Source: Rhynchobatus australiae
Taxonomy: Eukaryota
Direction: 5' to 3'
Length of the DNA stretch: 64,000 nt
NCBI GenBank assembly: GCA_034780895.1
Contig: JAUZTB010000135.1
Coordinates: forward strand, 84,507,058 to 84,571,057
The translations under genes and the position numbers were made by a program. Of this stretch, positions 1 to 12,436 are shown in pieces (the first letter of the stretch is position 1; each line of letters opens with the position of its first letter). Below the pieces are notes generated by a model. It did no database searches, was not told the origin of the DNA, and saw only the letters and a list, made by a program, of their open reading frames with translations.

Positions 1-121
1 GAGGAAACCCACACAGACACGGGGAGAACGTACAAACTCCTTACAGACAGCGGCTGGAATTGAACCCAGGTCGCTGGTGCTGTAATAGTGTTACACTAAC
101 CGCTATACTACCTTGCCTGCC
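1..121 (-). mobile_element. tRNA-derived SINE (HE1/V-SINE-like), 5' part
   Basis: gaggaaacccacacagacacggggagaacgtacaaactcc V-domain; B-box-like GGTTCAATTCC on the minus strand. Confidence 0.8.
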
Positions 122-1334
122 TCCTTATGTTATCATCCTGATAAAATAGCATTAGCTCATACTTATTTGTAACTGATTTAGTACAGTGGAAGGAAATTAG
201 TCCACTTGATCATTTTTTTAACATGACATTAACAGTTTGAACAGGAAAGCCTTGCATCTTTGATGTAACTACTTAGCATTTAAAGAGGCTGGTGTTTCTG
301 GCCGGCTTCTCTTGCAGCTTTGAGGGAAATATTATTGTCAAAAACTCTTGCAGCTCTGATTCCTTACATTATGTGAATTGGCTGTGAACCACATTGGAAT
401 GTCCAGATTCAGTAGTCATTATATAAATGCAAGTTGTATTGTTTCTGTCTTTTGAGTTGTGGAATATAAAGAAATATGAAGTTGCTGTAAGAACATATAT
501 GGGATCTGAATTTTCATCTAAAATAATTCTGTAATGTTACAGATCATGCATCAAAAATGTTAAACATCCTATTCTATCAAACAAGTAAATTGCTATAGTA
601 AGACTTTTTCAACTGTAAGAATATGTACAATAATAACATACTTCATGCAGGATATACTTCCAAGGTTATGTTTTTCAGAGCTAAATACTCTCTGGACATG
701 TTCTATTAAAAAACATAAAGGCCTTTTCATAATCTACATATTGCAGGAAAAACTTTTGATTCGATTACTGCCTTGTGATTCACTAGGTATTCATTATTCT
801 TAATCTGCACAAGATATAATCTCTCTGAAAAAAAACAAATTGGTTTCATCCTCACTTAATGTGAAGCCTTTATGTTTCAGTCTATGAGATCATGATTTGA
901 TTCACAGACTATTTATGTAATATATGCAAATGAGAAATTGGATCAACTAGCAGCCATATTTTAGGCACAAATTATGTAAATATCAATTTTACCTGGTATA
1001 GATCATGCTAACGATAATTTTCTGGTGAACTTACAAAATATATCAATGCCAATGCCTGATGCAGCGTCAGATATGTATGAAAAGGTGTCATATTGTTAGC
1101 ACCTCAACTTTGAGCTCCTTCTGGCTGAAATTCTGGGGTCTTGACAATCACAAAGAAAACAAAGGAACACAAAGTGCTGAAATTCCCAGTTAGACACAAA
1201 GTGTCTCCATTATGGTTCATATTTTGATCACAATATCTGATAGACTTATACTCCAGTTATCAAAATATTTTTGCAATCATTTTTCCTTACTCTGTCATTT
1301 GCATATCAACCAGCATAAGATCACTACAGTTTTG

Positions 1335-1545
1335 CAACACTCTGACCACTTTGATTGCTTTGCACTAAAATGGACTTTGTTTCTTTTTGTTCTAATTGTA
1401 TTTTTTCTTGTAAAAATTGTTTATGTTTTTCTTGTGAATGTTGCTTATATGAAACTACGTGCCTGTGATGCTGCTGCAAGTTTTTCATTGTAGCTGTGCA
1501 TACGTGTTCTTGTGCATATGACAATAAACTTGACTTTGACTTTGC
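1335..1545 (+). mobile_element. Rex1-like LINE 3' tail
   Basis: tgcctgtgatgctgctgcaagtttttcattg...atatgacaataaacttgactttgactttg. Confidence 0.65.
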
Positions 1546-2332
1546 ATTATTTTAATTGCATGCACCTAGGTGCAGCATTGCATGCTGCAGCCTCTGCCTC
1601 ACTATCTCACACACTGCAGTAGAATGGAGCAACTCATGGCACAGGACTCTAGTAGGGCAAATGGCTTGTATGGGAAGTGGATTGGGCACAGGCTGATCAT
1701 CACATTGTTCCTTTCCACACATTNNNNNNNNNNCCCTCCCCCCAGCACTCCCTCCCTAATGTTATCCTTCACCTCCACAGCAGCATTTTATGCAGCTGGT
1801 CTGTGGCTACCATGGATGCAGATCCTTTGATGGCGGACACAACACAACACAACACAAGATGTGGCAATTGCAATGATTTTTCACAGCTCCCCTGGAACAT
1901 GCAGAGGTGCCATTTTCACACATCTTTCCAACATTGTTTCAAAATCTTTTCAGGTAATTTCACAATTTTTTCTGTGACCCAAACTGGCAGTAGCACTAAC
2001 TGCATTAAGAATTTCTAAGCATTAGTCTTCTAAAATATTGGAAATGTTAGTGATAATTATATTCAAATTTAATTTCAGAGTTATGGTATAAGTAGAGGAT
2101 AAAATAGGAACCAGTGGATAGATTAATGAAGTCAAATGTAGAGATAGAACTGATTAGAAATAGTGAAAGGCAATTAGAAATTTAGATTTAATGATATTGG
2201 TCAGGGTACAAAGTATCCATAAGAAAACTATTTCCATACATAAGTATGGTAAATTAAAATCCCAGTATATAATTATTCTGCAATGATGTTATAACAAGTG
2301 GCCTCCTGGCTCTACAATTAAGTTAATTTCAA

Positions 2333-2368
2333 GAGAAACAAAGGATTGCAGATGCTGGAATCGAGATG
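2333..2368 (-). mobile_element. 36-bp terminal fragment of the same Penelope-like family with 13-bp TSD
   Basis: AAGTTAATTTCAA at 2320-2332 and 2369-2381 flanks gagaaacaaaggattgcagatgctggaatc. Confidence 0.7.
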
Positions 2369-3404
2369 AAGTTAATTTCAATATCTGCCATTACTGTAAT
2401 TTAAATAAAATCTTTTATTAAGATAATATAGCAGAAAGTGAGCTTGAATCTGGCATTTAATCATAGTAACAACTTGTTTTGCCATGTCATGTGACATTAT
2501 TTAAAACTCAATTCCAACCATCTGTACTGCATTTTATGAGCAGCTATGAGCAAATTTAAATGCTCATCTCTAACCTTGGACAATGGAATCAATTTAATGC
2601 AACTTCTAATAAAATAACATACCTTTTAAGAGCAATGAAGTCCCCAAACAAAATTTTAATTTTAAATATCTTTTTTTTTCAATCCTCAGCCCACCCCTTC
2701 ATTGGCACCTACCCAACAGGCGCTGTTGACCAACACCATGATGTGATTTATGGGGGTCAGATGACTGCTTGAGTACAGAACAAGAATGACAATGCACTAG
2801 TTAGCCACAGCCAAGGCCAATTCTGTCTTCACCCAACATTTACACATATATGTGCAAAGTTGAATGACAGCAAATAGAAGTAGGAACTATGGTTAATTTT
2901 TATTCTTCTTAGCATAATAGGGTAAGCCAATTGTAGGCCAATTGCAGCATTACCACCAACTGTTTTTATAAGTACCAGGGAACAAACCAGGCTACTGTAT
3001 AGCTTGACAATATATCTTCCACTACATAATGCCTACAAAGAAAGAGTCAGTTATTATCTTCAAGTACAAAGCAAATGATAATATCAATTGATGCGAGCAA
3101 ACAGTATGTGAGATACATTAGAGCACTTTTTTTAACTTTAATCCATGATGCTTTCCTGCCATGAATACTTGGTCACGCCACAGTAGGCATCAGTTTTAAC
3201 AGTAGAACTGGTAAGAACTACCAACAAAACGTTAAAGTAAGAGTGGTGATAATGTGGAACTCACTAGCACATGAAGTGGTTGGGTTGGATAATTTGATTG
3301 CATTTAAACAGAAGCTAGGTATAGAAAGAATATGTTGCTGGTGAGGACTGGTGGGATGTGATAGAGTTGCCATATTCTGGTGATGCTAGTGTCTGCTTCA
3401 CTAG

Positions 3405-4560
3405 TGTCTAGTGGTGTACCACAGGGGTCGGTGCTGGGACCTTTGTTGTTTGTAATTTATATAAACAGTTTGGATGTGAATGTACAAGAGATGGTTCGTA
3501 AGTTGGGCCAAAGAGCCTGTTTCTATGCTGTATAACTCAATTCCTGGAGGGGAAGGGGAGGGGAGGGGAATCCCTGGTAGAATTGTAGGAACATTCCTGC
3601 TTATCCTTCCCACACAGAAAGTTGCTGCTTCCAAAAAAAACATGATAATTTAACCTTGGTTTGTGGTTTCTGACGGTCCTCAATAATCCTGGATGAAGTA
3701 GGTCCAAGTAGGTCTAAAATAGGTGATGCTGTAGATAGCGTAGAGGTTATGAAAAAATTACAGGGGGATCAGCTAGGTATGTGGATTGAGGATTGGCAAG
3801 TGGCTTTCAATCCAGATAAATGTGAGGCATTGCATTGGGACATCAAACCAGGTAGGACTTATACAGTGAATGGTAGGGCCCTGAGAAGTGTTTTATAGAA
3901 CAAAAGTACAAATGCATAGTTTGCTAAAAGCGGCATCACATGTAGATAGGGTGGTGAAGAAGGCATTTGGCATGCTGGCCTTCATCAGTCAGGGCATTTG
4001 AGTATAGGAGTTGGGAAGTTATGATACATAAGACATTGGTGAGGCCACACTTGGAGTATTATGTACAGTTTTGGTCGCCCTGTCATAGGAAAGATGTTAT
4101 TAAACTAGACAGAGTGCAGAAAAGATTTACCAGGATGTTGCCTGGACTTGGGCACCTGAGTTAGGAGAGGTTGCGTAGACTAGGACTTTATTCCCTGGAA
4201 TGTAGGAGATTGAGGGGTGACCTGATAGAGGTATATAAGATCATGAGGGGCANNNNNNNNNNNNNNNNNNNNNNNNNNNNNNNNNNNNNNNNNNNNNNNN
4301 NNNNNNNNNNNNNNNNNNNNNNNNNNNNNNNNNNNNNNNNNNNNNNNNNNNNNNNNNNNNNNNNNNNNNNNNNNNNNNNNNNNNNNNNNNNNNNNNNNNN
4401 NNNNNNNNNNNNNNNNNNNNNNNNNNNNNNNNNNNNNNNNNNNNNNNNNNNNNNNNNNNNNNNNNNNNNNNNNNNNNNNNNNNNNNNNNNNNNNNNNNNN
4501 NNNNNNNNNNNNNNNNNNNNNNNNNNNNNNNNNNNNNNNNNNNNNNNNNNNNCGTATAAC
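3405..4560 (+). mobile_element. CR1/HER1-like LINE 3' fragment (RT remnant), internally rearranged
   Basis: SGVPQGSVLGPLLFVIYIN; [15 protein letters not shown]; RRLRGDLIEVYKIMRG; frameshifts and a gap. Confidence 0.9.
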
Positions 4561-4736
4561 TCAATTCCTGGAGGGGAAGGGGAGGGGAGGGGAGGGGAAT
4601 CCCTGGTAGAATTGTAGGAACATTCCTGCTTATCCTTCCCACACAGAAAGTTGATGCTTCCAAAAAAAACATGATAATTTATCCTTGGTTTGTGGTTTCT
4701 GACCTTCCTCAATAATCCTGGATGAAGTAGGTCCAA
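3530..4736 (+). repeat. Pair of ~180-bp direct repeats (3530-3707 and 4554-4736)
   Basis: Near-identical, with a few substitutions and a one-unit difference in the GGAGG tract. Confidence 0.92.
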
Positions 4737-7440
4737 TCTAATTGGTCATTACCACCTGTCAAAGGAGCCTGTTTCAAAATGTTAGGGCCCTAATTTACAT
4801 ATGAAAAGCATCTCATGACTGAGGGCAACTTCATAATGTGCTCAGTGAATCTCTTAGTGAAGCAATGTAAGCATAGATTAGACAGATGTGTCATTACCAG
4901 ATAATAACTGCACATGCAACAGAATATATTCAAACTAACACTATTGCATTTGAATTGATAGTGTAATGCATAGTCGTTGTTATTCATCATGAATTTACCC
5001 GTTTTGGATCATGAGCTTTTATCGTTGTTCCCGTATATTTGACTTACTCCTGGGAGAAACAGCATGCTATTTGGTTAATTGATAAATTGCAGGATCTATG
5101 TCTTAACCTATTGTACCTGAGTTGATTCAAGAGTCTGCTGAAGTTATGTGTCACTTCCCAATTCTGGAAGCAGAACTGGCAGCCATGTTGTCCTTGCCAC
5201 ATGGGAGCACTGAACTGCTGCTGGCATGAATTCAGTCAGCTGCTCATTTACTTTTCACTGCTGGAGAGCTCTAGGTCCAGATCTAGAATGGTTCATCTGG
5301 AAACATTTACCAAGCATGTTGAAGGCAGTTGTGGCAGTTTCCTGCATTCTGAGCTGTGAAGAATCCTCTGAAAGTCATTACAAATTACCTGCTCCATCAT
5401 ACCCTGTTAGTTGCTGTACAGCCTCAAATTGTCATTAAAGTCTGTATTGAGGTATTGCTATTTCTCAAACATCATGATGAATTTTGAAATGGATGCATTC
5501 TGGATTTCATAACGTTAAGTCATAATGAAAGAAAAAGTTTTCCTTCATTCGTTATGCCTCAAGGCCCTCCTGGGCTTATTGAATCATTTAGTACCAATTC
5601 TTTACAAATGTCTATGTCCAACAAGAGATTACCTGTGGCCTGCAAAAGAGGAAGTGCAGCAGGTACTAATTTGGAGGGGCTTGGAACAGAGGAGTGGTTG
5701 AATCAGCTTTGTTTGGTCTTCCTGTTTCTGAACATCTCCACATATGATGAGTGAGGAAGAATANNNNNNNNNNNNNNNNNNNNNNNNNNNNNNNNNNNNN
5801 NNNNNNNNNNNNNNNNNNNNNNNNNNNNNNNNNNNNNNNNNNNNNNNNNNNNNNNNNNNNNNNNNNNNNNNNNNNNNNNNNNNNNNNNNNNNNNNNNNNN
5901 NNNNNNNNNNNNNNNNNNNNNNNNNNNNNNNNNNNNNNNNNNNNNNNNNNNNNNNNNNNNNNNNNNNNNNNNNNNNNNNNNNNNNNNNNNNNNNNNNNNN
6001 NNNNNNNNNNNNNNNNNNNNNNNNNNNNNNNNNNNNNNNNNNNNNNNNNNNNNNNNNNNNNNNNNNNNNNNNNNNNNNNNNNNNNNNNNNNNNNNNNNNN
6101 NCTTGCTGACATTCCACAGCATTATACCAATCAGGTTTTGCACCAGGTTTAGAGGATGTAGAGCTTTGGATTAAGAGGCAAAAATTTATTTCACAATTAG
6201 TTATCTTGTTTTTATTTGGTCTTAGTTAACTTTTTTGTTTCAAAATCTTAAAAATATGCTTGAAATATTCTTAGATTACCTACTTTAATTTACATAATTT
6301 TTATATATCATTATTTCTCAGAAACATTTAAAAACTATTAAAAGTTCCTTGTAGCTTTGACAGCCAGCAAACCTGTGGGCTTTGCTGGCTGTGAAAGCCT
6401 TCAAGCCAGGTTTGGAGGCAAGGCTTCCTCACTGCACTGCTGGAAGCCCTGCTGCCATGGAGTCCATGCTGTGGGGCCAGCAAGGTTGGCCCTCCACATG
6501 CGGACCAGGTCAATGCAGGGAACCACTCATGGCGATTACAGACCAGGGTACCAAACCAATAAAACCCAACCAATTGATGTAACATTTAACACTTAGTTGT
6601 ATGGAAGCCACTAGAAAATGAATACAGCAACACATTTTTTGGCACACTGTAGTCATGGCACAGCCCAGGCGAACAAATCCATGATCTTGTGGATCCTTTA
6701 GCTCTGAACTTGGGCATGATACAGGATTAGTACATGACAGATGTACTATATATAATCATGCAATCTCAACAGGCCAGCACCAACATTATTTGTTTAGGCT
6801 CATCCAGCAATTTCAAAACACAAAATCCTGTACACACTAGAAATGTTTGTGTCAATATGGTTGATTCTGAGCTCGGGGTATTTATCAAACTCCTTCACCA
6901 TTGCCTGCCTGTATACCGTCCTGCTCTGCTTGTATATTGTCCCGCCCTATTGAGCAATCCTTTCTCTGCAAAATGAGCTTTTTCCAAATGTAATTATGAT
7001 GCTCTTGTGCAATAGATTTACAGTTAAGAGCATTATTGCAGATGCATATTTTCTTTCATTTCCCATCACTAAATTTAAATTGAGTTTAATAATCAATAAA
7101 AATGAACCACTGTTTTGTAAAGTTGTGCCAATTTTACAAGCTTCCACTCTCCTACTGGAAGAATTGAAAGAATTGATGCACATTAATTAAATTCAAATAA
7201 CAAATGGTCTCTGCTGCCACCCACAGTCAATCTACTGTACTTGACAAGCCACAAAGATATTTTAAAGATTGCATGTAATATATATATATAGCACTGTATC
7301 ATTTTCAAAATGCTTACTTTTTGGATTGTGGTAATTAATATTACACAGGCAAATAACTGAGCATTTGTTGAACAAAAGTAGAAGACGAATTTGTTGCCTG
7401 ATCATTTGTGAAAAGAATAAGAGCAGGAATAGGTTATTCA

Positions 7441-8155
7441 AACTCAAACGCCATCTCTCAATTTGCCTATGACACCACTGTTGTTGGCAGAACCTCAGAT
7501 GGTGATGAGAAAGGAGTGAGATAGATCGGCTGATTGAGCGGTGTCGCAATAACAACCTTGCACTCAATGTCAGCAAGACCAAGGAATTGATTGTGGACTT
7601 CAGGAAGGGGAAGTCAGAGAACGCACACCAGTTTTCATTGAGGCGTCAGCGATGGAAAGGGTGAGCAGCTTCAAGTCCCTGGGTATCAACATCTCACAGG
7701 ATCTATCTTGGGCCCAACAGATTAATGCAATCACGAAGAAGGCTCTACTTCATTTGGAGTTTGAGGAGATTTGGCATGTCACCAAAGACTCTTGCAAATT
7801 TCTACAGATGTACGGTGGAGAGCATCATGACTGGTTGCATCACCACCTGGTATGGAGGCTCTAATGTGCAGGATTAAAGGAAGCTGCAGAGGACCATAGA
7901 CTCAGCCAGTTCCATCACGGGCACAACCCTCCCCACCATCGAGGGCATCTTCAAGAGGCAGCAGGAAGGCAGCATCCATCATTAAGGACCCTCACCATCC
8001 AGGACATGCCCTTTTCTCATTACTACCATCGGGAGGAGGTACAGGAGCCTGAAGACAATTTTTATGTCTTTATTCTTGCACTGTACTGCTGCTGCAGAAC
8101 CACAAATTTCACAACATTCGTCAGTGATAATAAACCTGATTCTGATTCTGATTCA
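7441..8155 (+). mobile_element. Rex1/Babar-type LINE 3' fragment nested in a CR1 tail
   Basis: FAYDTTVVGRTSDGDE, LNVSKTKELIVDFRK, ERVSSFKSLGINIS; tail aataaacctgattctgattctgatt. Confidence 0.85.
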
Positions 8156-9914
8156 GTCCCTGGAACCTGCACAAGCATTCAACAAGATCACAGCTGATCT
8201 TGTATCTCAAACACCATTTTCCTGCTTCATCACCACGTCCCCTGATTCTTTTAATATGCATAAATTTACTACAGGAAACAAAAAACATTTTCGTAGAGAA
8301 GTATCATTTATTGCAGTTGAGAGTGACTTATCGGTATTATCACTGCATATTCATCAATATGAGAGGTTTTGTTGCTACTGGCAGTAATTTACTACATATT
8401 CAGGAATTACACAACAATTCTACATACTTTTAATTAGTTTATTTGGAGTCAAGTTCAGGGAAAGGGTATATAATAAAATCTTCAGAAGGATCAACAGTTG
8501 ACAAGATACTCAATGAACTTCCGCTGTTTGTAGTGCTGAAGTGTCTTATCTCAATGGACCATTCAAATCAATTGTTAATACCTCATGGACAATTTTAACT
8601 CTGCCAATTAGAAAATCACCAGTAGGCAGTTTGTCCTTGTGTTATGCCCACCAAGGTCCCATACCAATCCTGCAGGCTATGATTTAAACTTGCCTCTCTG
8701 ATCAGGTGAGATGGACAGCTGCTGAAAAATGTGAAGAATAGGATCTAATGCATCTAGTTTTTAAATTTGGCCAAAAATAACACAGTCAGCATATCTTTCC
8801 CACAGCTTCATCCACTCAAAAGTAATTTTTTTCCACATTTTAAAAATTTACTTTTCATGTCGGGCAGGTGGAACAGCAATGTTTCTTTGTACCCCACAGG
8901 GAATGTTTACGGCGACGAGAGGGGCTAAATGACTCACTGTTGTTTCTATGTTTATGCCTTCCCTTCCTAAGGCTTTACCCTCCTTGTTCAACTTAACTTA
9001 GTGCTTTGGTAGTGTTCTTCCTTCCTGGAAGCACCATTCTACTGTACAGGTTTTTGCACTTCCATGCACTGGACATTGAACTTTGCCTTGTAGACAAAGC
9101 CCAGAAGCAGAACTTACCTGTGCCTCAGCATCACAAGACAAGCCATCCACCTCAGTTTAGGGACAGGTAGTCATTCGGGGCCAGAGTTAGTAATTTATGA
9201 AGAACACCTGCAAGAATACATTTCCTGGATTTCATTAATGTTCAGATCCAGCAATTGGGCAAGAGTCAAACAGGCAACCAGCAGTCCATTACATTGCTTA
9301 TTTGGTTCTTCTTTTCATTGATGAATAAAATTCAATTTTCAAACCTTAAAACCAGTCCCCAACACTAATTTTCCACCCAAAAAAATTAGCATGATGTTTA
9401 ACAATTCTTTGCCTTTAGTCAATTATATTATTAAACTTGGAAATTCCACCCTCCTAAAAAATCTTTTTTGTTTTAATTCCTTAAGTGAAAGATTTGCTAA
9501 CTTTGAACATATCTAACTGGAATTACAGAGAACTGCAATGATTCCTATAAGACCCTCCTATTCTCTTGGTGCAAAAATGCCATCCCCCCTCACCCCCCCC
9601 CCCCCACCCGTTGATCTAACCTTAAGGAAATGTGACCTTAATCAACAATATTTTGCATTTCTATTGAAAGATTGTTGCTGCATCATTACTGATTTATATC
9701 CTTAGTGCTTAATCTTTGCTCCCTGACCACACAAATCCTATAATCAACCTCTCTTTGCTCCCATTGATCCGACATCCAAAGCCATCCTCTCATCATTTGT
9801 ATGCTCTCAACTCAGTATTTCACTGAAAGGCATGCTGTTGCAAGCTCAGTATTTCAGGCCTTAGCAAATCCGAATTACGAACTGTCAGATTTTATACATC
9901 TCTTCATAACACAG

Positions 9915-10255
9915 TGCTGGACAGCTACCTCACAGCTCCAGTGACCCTGTTTCCATCCTGATCTCTGGTGCTGCCTGTGTGGAGCTTGCGCATTTTCCAT
10001 GTGACTGAGTAAGTTTTATCTGGGNNNNNNNNNNTCCTCCCACATTCCAAAATTGTGTGGATTGGTGGGTTAATTGGGCACTGTAAATTGCCCCCAGTTT
10101 GTAAATGAACAGTAGAATCTGCAGAAGAGCTGATGGAAATGTAGGGGAATAAAATGGGATTCATGTAGGATTAGTGCAAAAATGAGTGTTTATTGGTTGG
10201 GGCAGACTCAGTGGGCTGAGAGCCTTTTCTATGATTTATCTTTCCAAGGCTCTAA
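9915..10255 (+). mobile_element. HE1/V-SINE-like SINE
   Basis: ctgtgtggagcttgcgcattttccatgtgactg...tcctcccacattccaaa central domain with a CR1-like tail. Confidence 0.75.
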
Positions 10256-11234
10256 TTCTGCATTAGATTATTACATAATTGGTAAACTACAGCTTCATCA
10301 AGGATAATTTATTTGAGTTTTTTGTTATCAGTATCCTTATCAATGAAAATTAACAGCAGAGAAATAGATTAAGTGGTTCAAGAGTTTTTTTGATACCATT
10401 TATCTGCGACAGAAACCTCCTCCCACCCTTCTTCTCACCTAATCATCAAATCTTCTGTTCCTTTTTCTGTATGCATTTATTTTTCTTTTGGTGAAATGCT
10501 TACTTTAACCTTTTCCAAACTTAAATTTCTTTCTTTCACATGCAATCCTTTTACCTTGTTACCTTGTCATTACCTTATCATCATTTTCAATTTTATTACA
10601 TATAATTGCTGTGACACCAGGTTAAATTTTAATTATGTTTGTCTTTGATTTGGTGATATTCTGTATTAGTCAATGACCTGCTTCTACAGAAGCACAAATT
10701 CAAAAGGAAAGTGTATACACTGGTTGTTTATTTTCTAGAACTTTAACTGTAACATTAAGCTCCACAGTGTTATTTATAGGGCACTACAGGAATTGGTCCC
10801 AATATGGCTTATGATGTGTATGCACATGTTTTCGTCTTGAGTCATACTTGGTATCGTTTTGGCAAAGGTGTTAGTGGGGCTAAAACTGATCTGAAGTCAG
10901 CATATCCATTTTGGAGCTTAATACTTCAGTTAGTCATTTCTCAACCCAACACATGGTTCAGCAATGAAATATCCATCCTACCAGCATTATTTAGAAGGAT
11001 CATCAGCTACTTTAACATGAGTTGTGGACTGATTTTTATTAGCTGCTAATACGAGTGTTTAATTATGGATTATTTCTAGAGTTCCTTGAAGGTGCTAAAG
11101 TCTATACAGAGTAGTGTGGCAGATGCTGAAGGACTTTGGTCAGACTTCAAGGCTTCACAAACCAGATACTCTTGAGACACGATGGCATTAGTAGGCATTT
11201 TCTTTAGGAGAATGAGGACAAGCTGCTGGTAAAA

Positions 11235-11350
11235 TGAGCTGGAGGGGCAGATGGGCTCTCAGCAGCAGGCCGTATCCACTGGCAGTGTTTAAATAGCAAT
11301 TGCCCTACCCAAATCATAACATTGTTGAGATGTGTGCTCTTCAGTATGGA
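11235..11350 (+). mobile_element. Possible PIF/Harbinger transposase N-terminal remnant
   Basis: gggctctcagcagcaggccgtatccac... translates to SSRPYPLAVF, reminiscent of RRPYPPRVF in HARBI1-like transposases; highly degenerate. Confidence 0.35.
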
Positions 11351-11842
11351 AGACAGGATTCTGGCACTTGATGGAAATTACCAGATTTTTAACAGAAATC
11401 AAGACACCATCATTCTGCAGAACACCTCTGTCCACCTGCTGTGCAGCTACCATGAAAAGCCAATAGCAATCAGCATGCGTCTCGTGTAGAACTGCATGTA
11501 AACAATGAAAACCATGTCGCTGCATGCTTTGTCTTAATGGATTTGAGTAGCCAGCTGAAATGATGATTCCACTATCTGGACCAATCTGGAGGTGCCCTGG
11601 AGTAATTAGTATCAAGGTTTAAGGTGGACTGCTTTGTGCTGGACACCATCACCATCATGATAGCACAGATCTTGCAGAAGAAGGGAGGCAGTAGACTGCT
11701 CATTCTCTCTCCTAGAAAGTGGGGAACAACTCATCCAAATACAATGCCAGTAACTCCAACCCAAATTCCCCATTCACTTTTCCTGTCCTCTGTTGTTGAC
11801 CGACACCTTGGCCTTTCTTGCAAAATGGTTGGAGTTCAGAAA

Positions 11843-12436
11843 TAGGGAAGTATTTTTACAATTGTTCAAGGTAATGGTGGGGCCACACCTAGAGTACTGT
11901 GCAGTTTGGTTCCCTTATTTAAGGAAGGACTTACTGGCATTCAAGGCAGTCCAAAAGTGATTCATTAGGATGAGAGGGTTGTCCAATCACAGCAGCTAAA
12001 GACATTCGATGTATACTCTTTGGAGTTTAGAAGAATGAAGGGTGTTGAGAACATATAAGATCCTGAGTGGGCATGACAGGGTAGATGTTGAGATGTTTCC
12101 ATTAGTGGGAGGATCTTGAACGAGGGGACATAGTTACAAGATTAGGAGGTGGTCATTTGAAATTAAAGTACCTAGAAACTTGTTGTTGCAGAGGATGGCA
12201 AATCTCTGGAATTCTCTACCTTAGAGGCTTGATCTTTTGAGAGTATTTAAGGAGGAAGTAAATATATTTTTGATAGACCAGGGAATTGAGGGGTATATAT
12301 GGAAATGGCCTTCAAGAAGAGATGAGACCTGTGGCAGATCAGCCATGATTATATTGAATGGAGGGCCAGGCTTGGTGGGGGTCGGGGTGGTTGTGGATGA
12401 GTGACCACTCCTGCTCCTATTTTCTTATGTTCTTAG
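11843..12436 (+). mobile_element. CR1-like LINE 3' fragment
   Basis: ggccacacctagagtactgtgcagtttgg...; tail actcctgctcctattttcttatgttctta. Confidence 0.85.

Noticed and set aside
1-121. tRNA genes at SINE heads (also 9915, 32826, 41497, 62270)
   Set aside because: A/B-box remnants belong to tRNA-derived SINEs; no cloverleaf can be folded.
9584-9609. Poly-C / G-quadruplex candidate
   Set aside because: Simple homopolymer tract in intergenic DNA with no supporting context.
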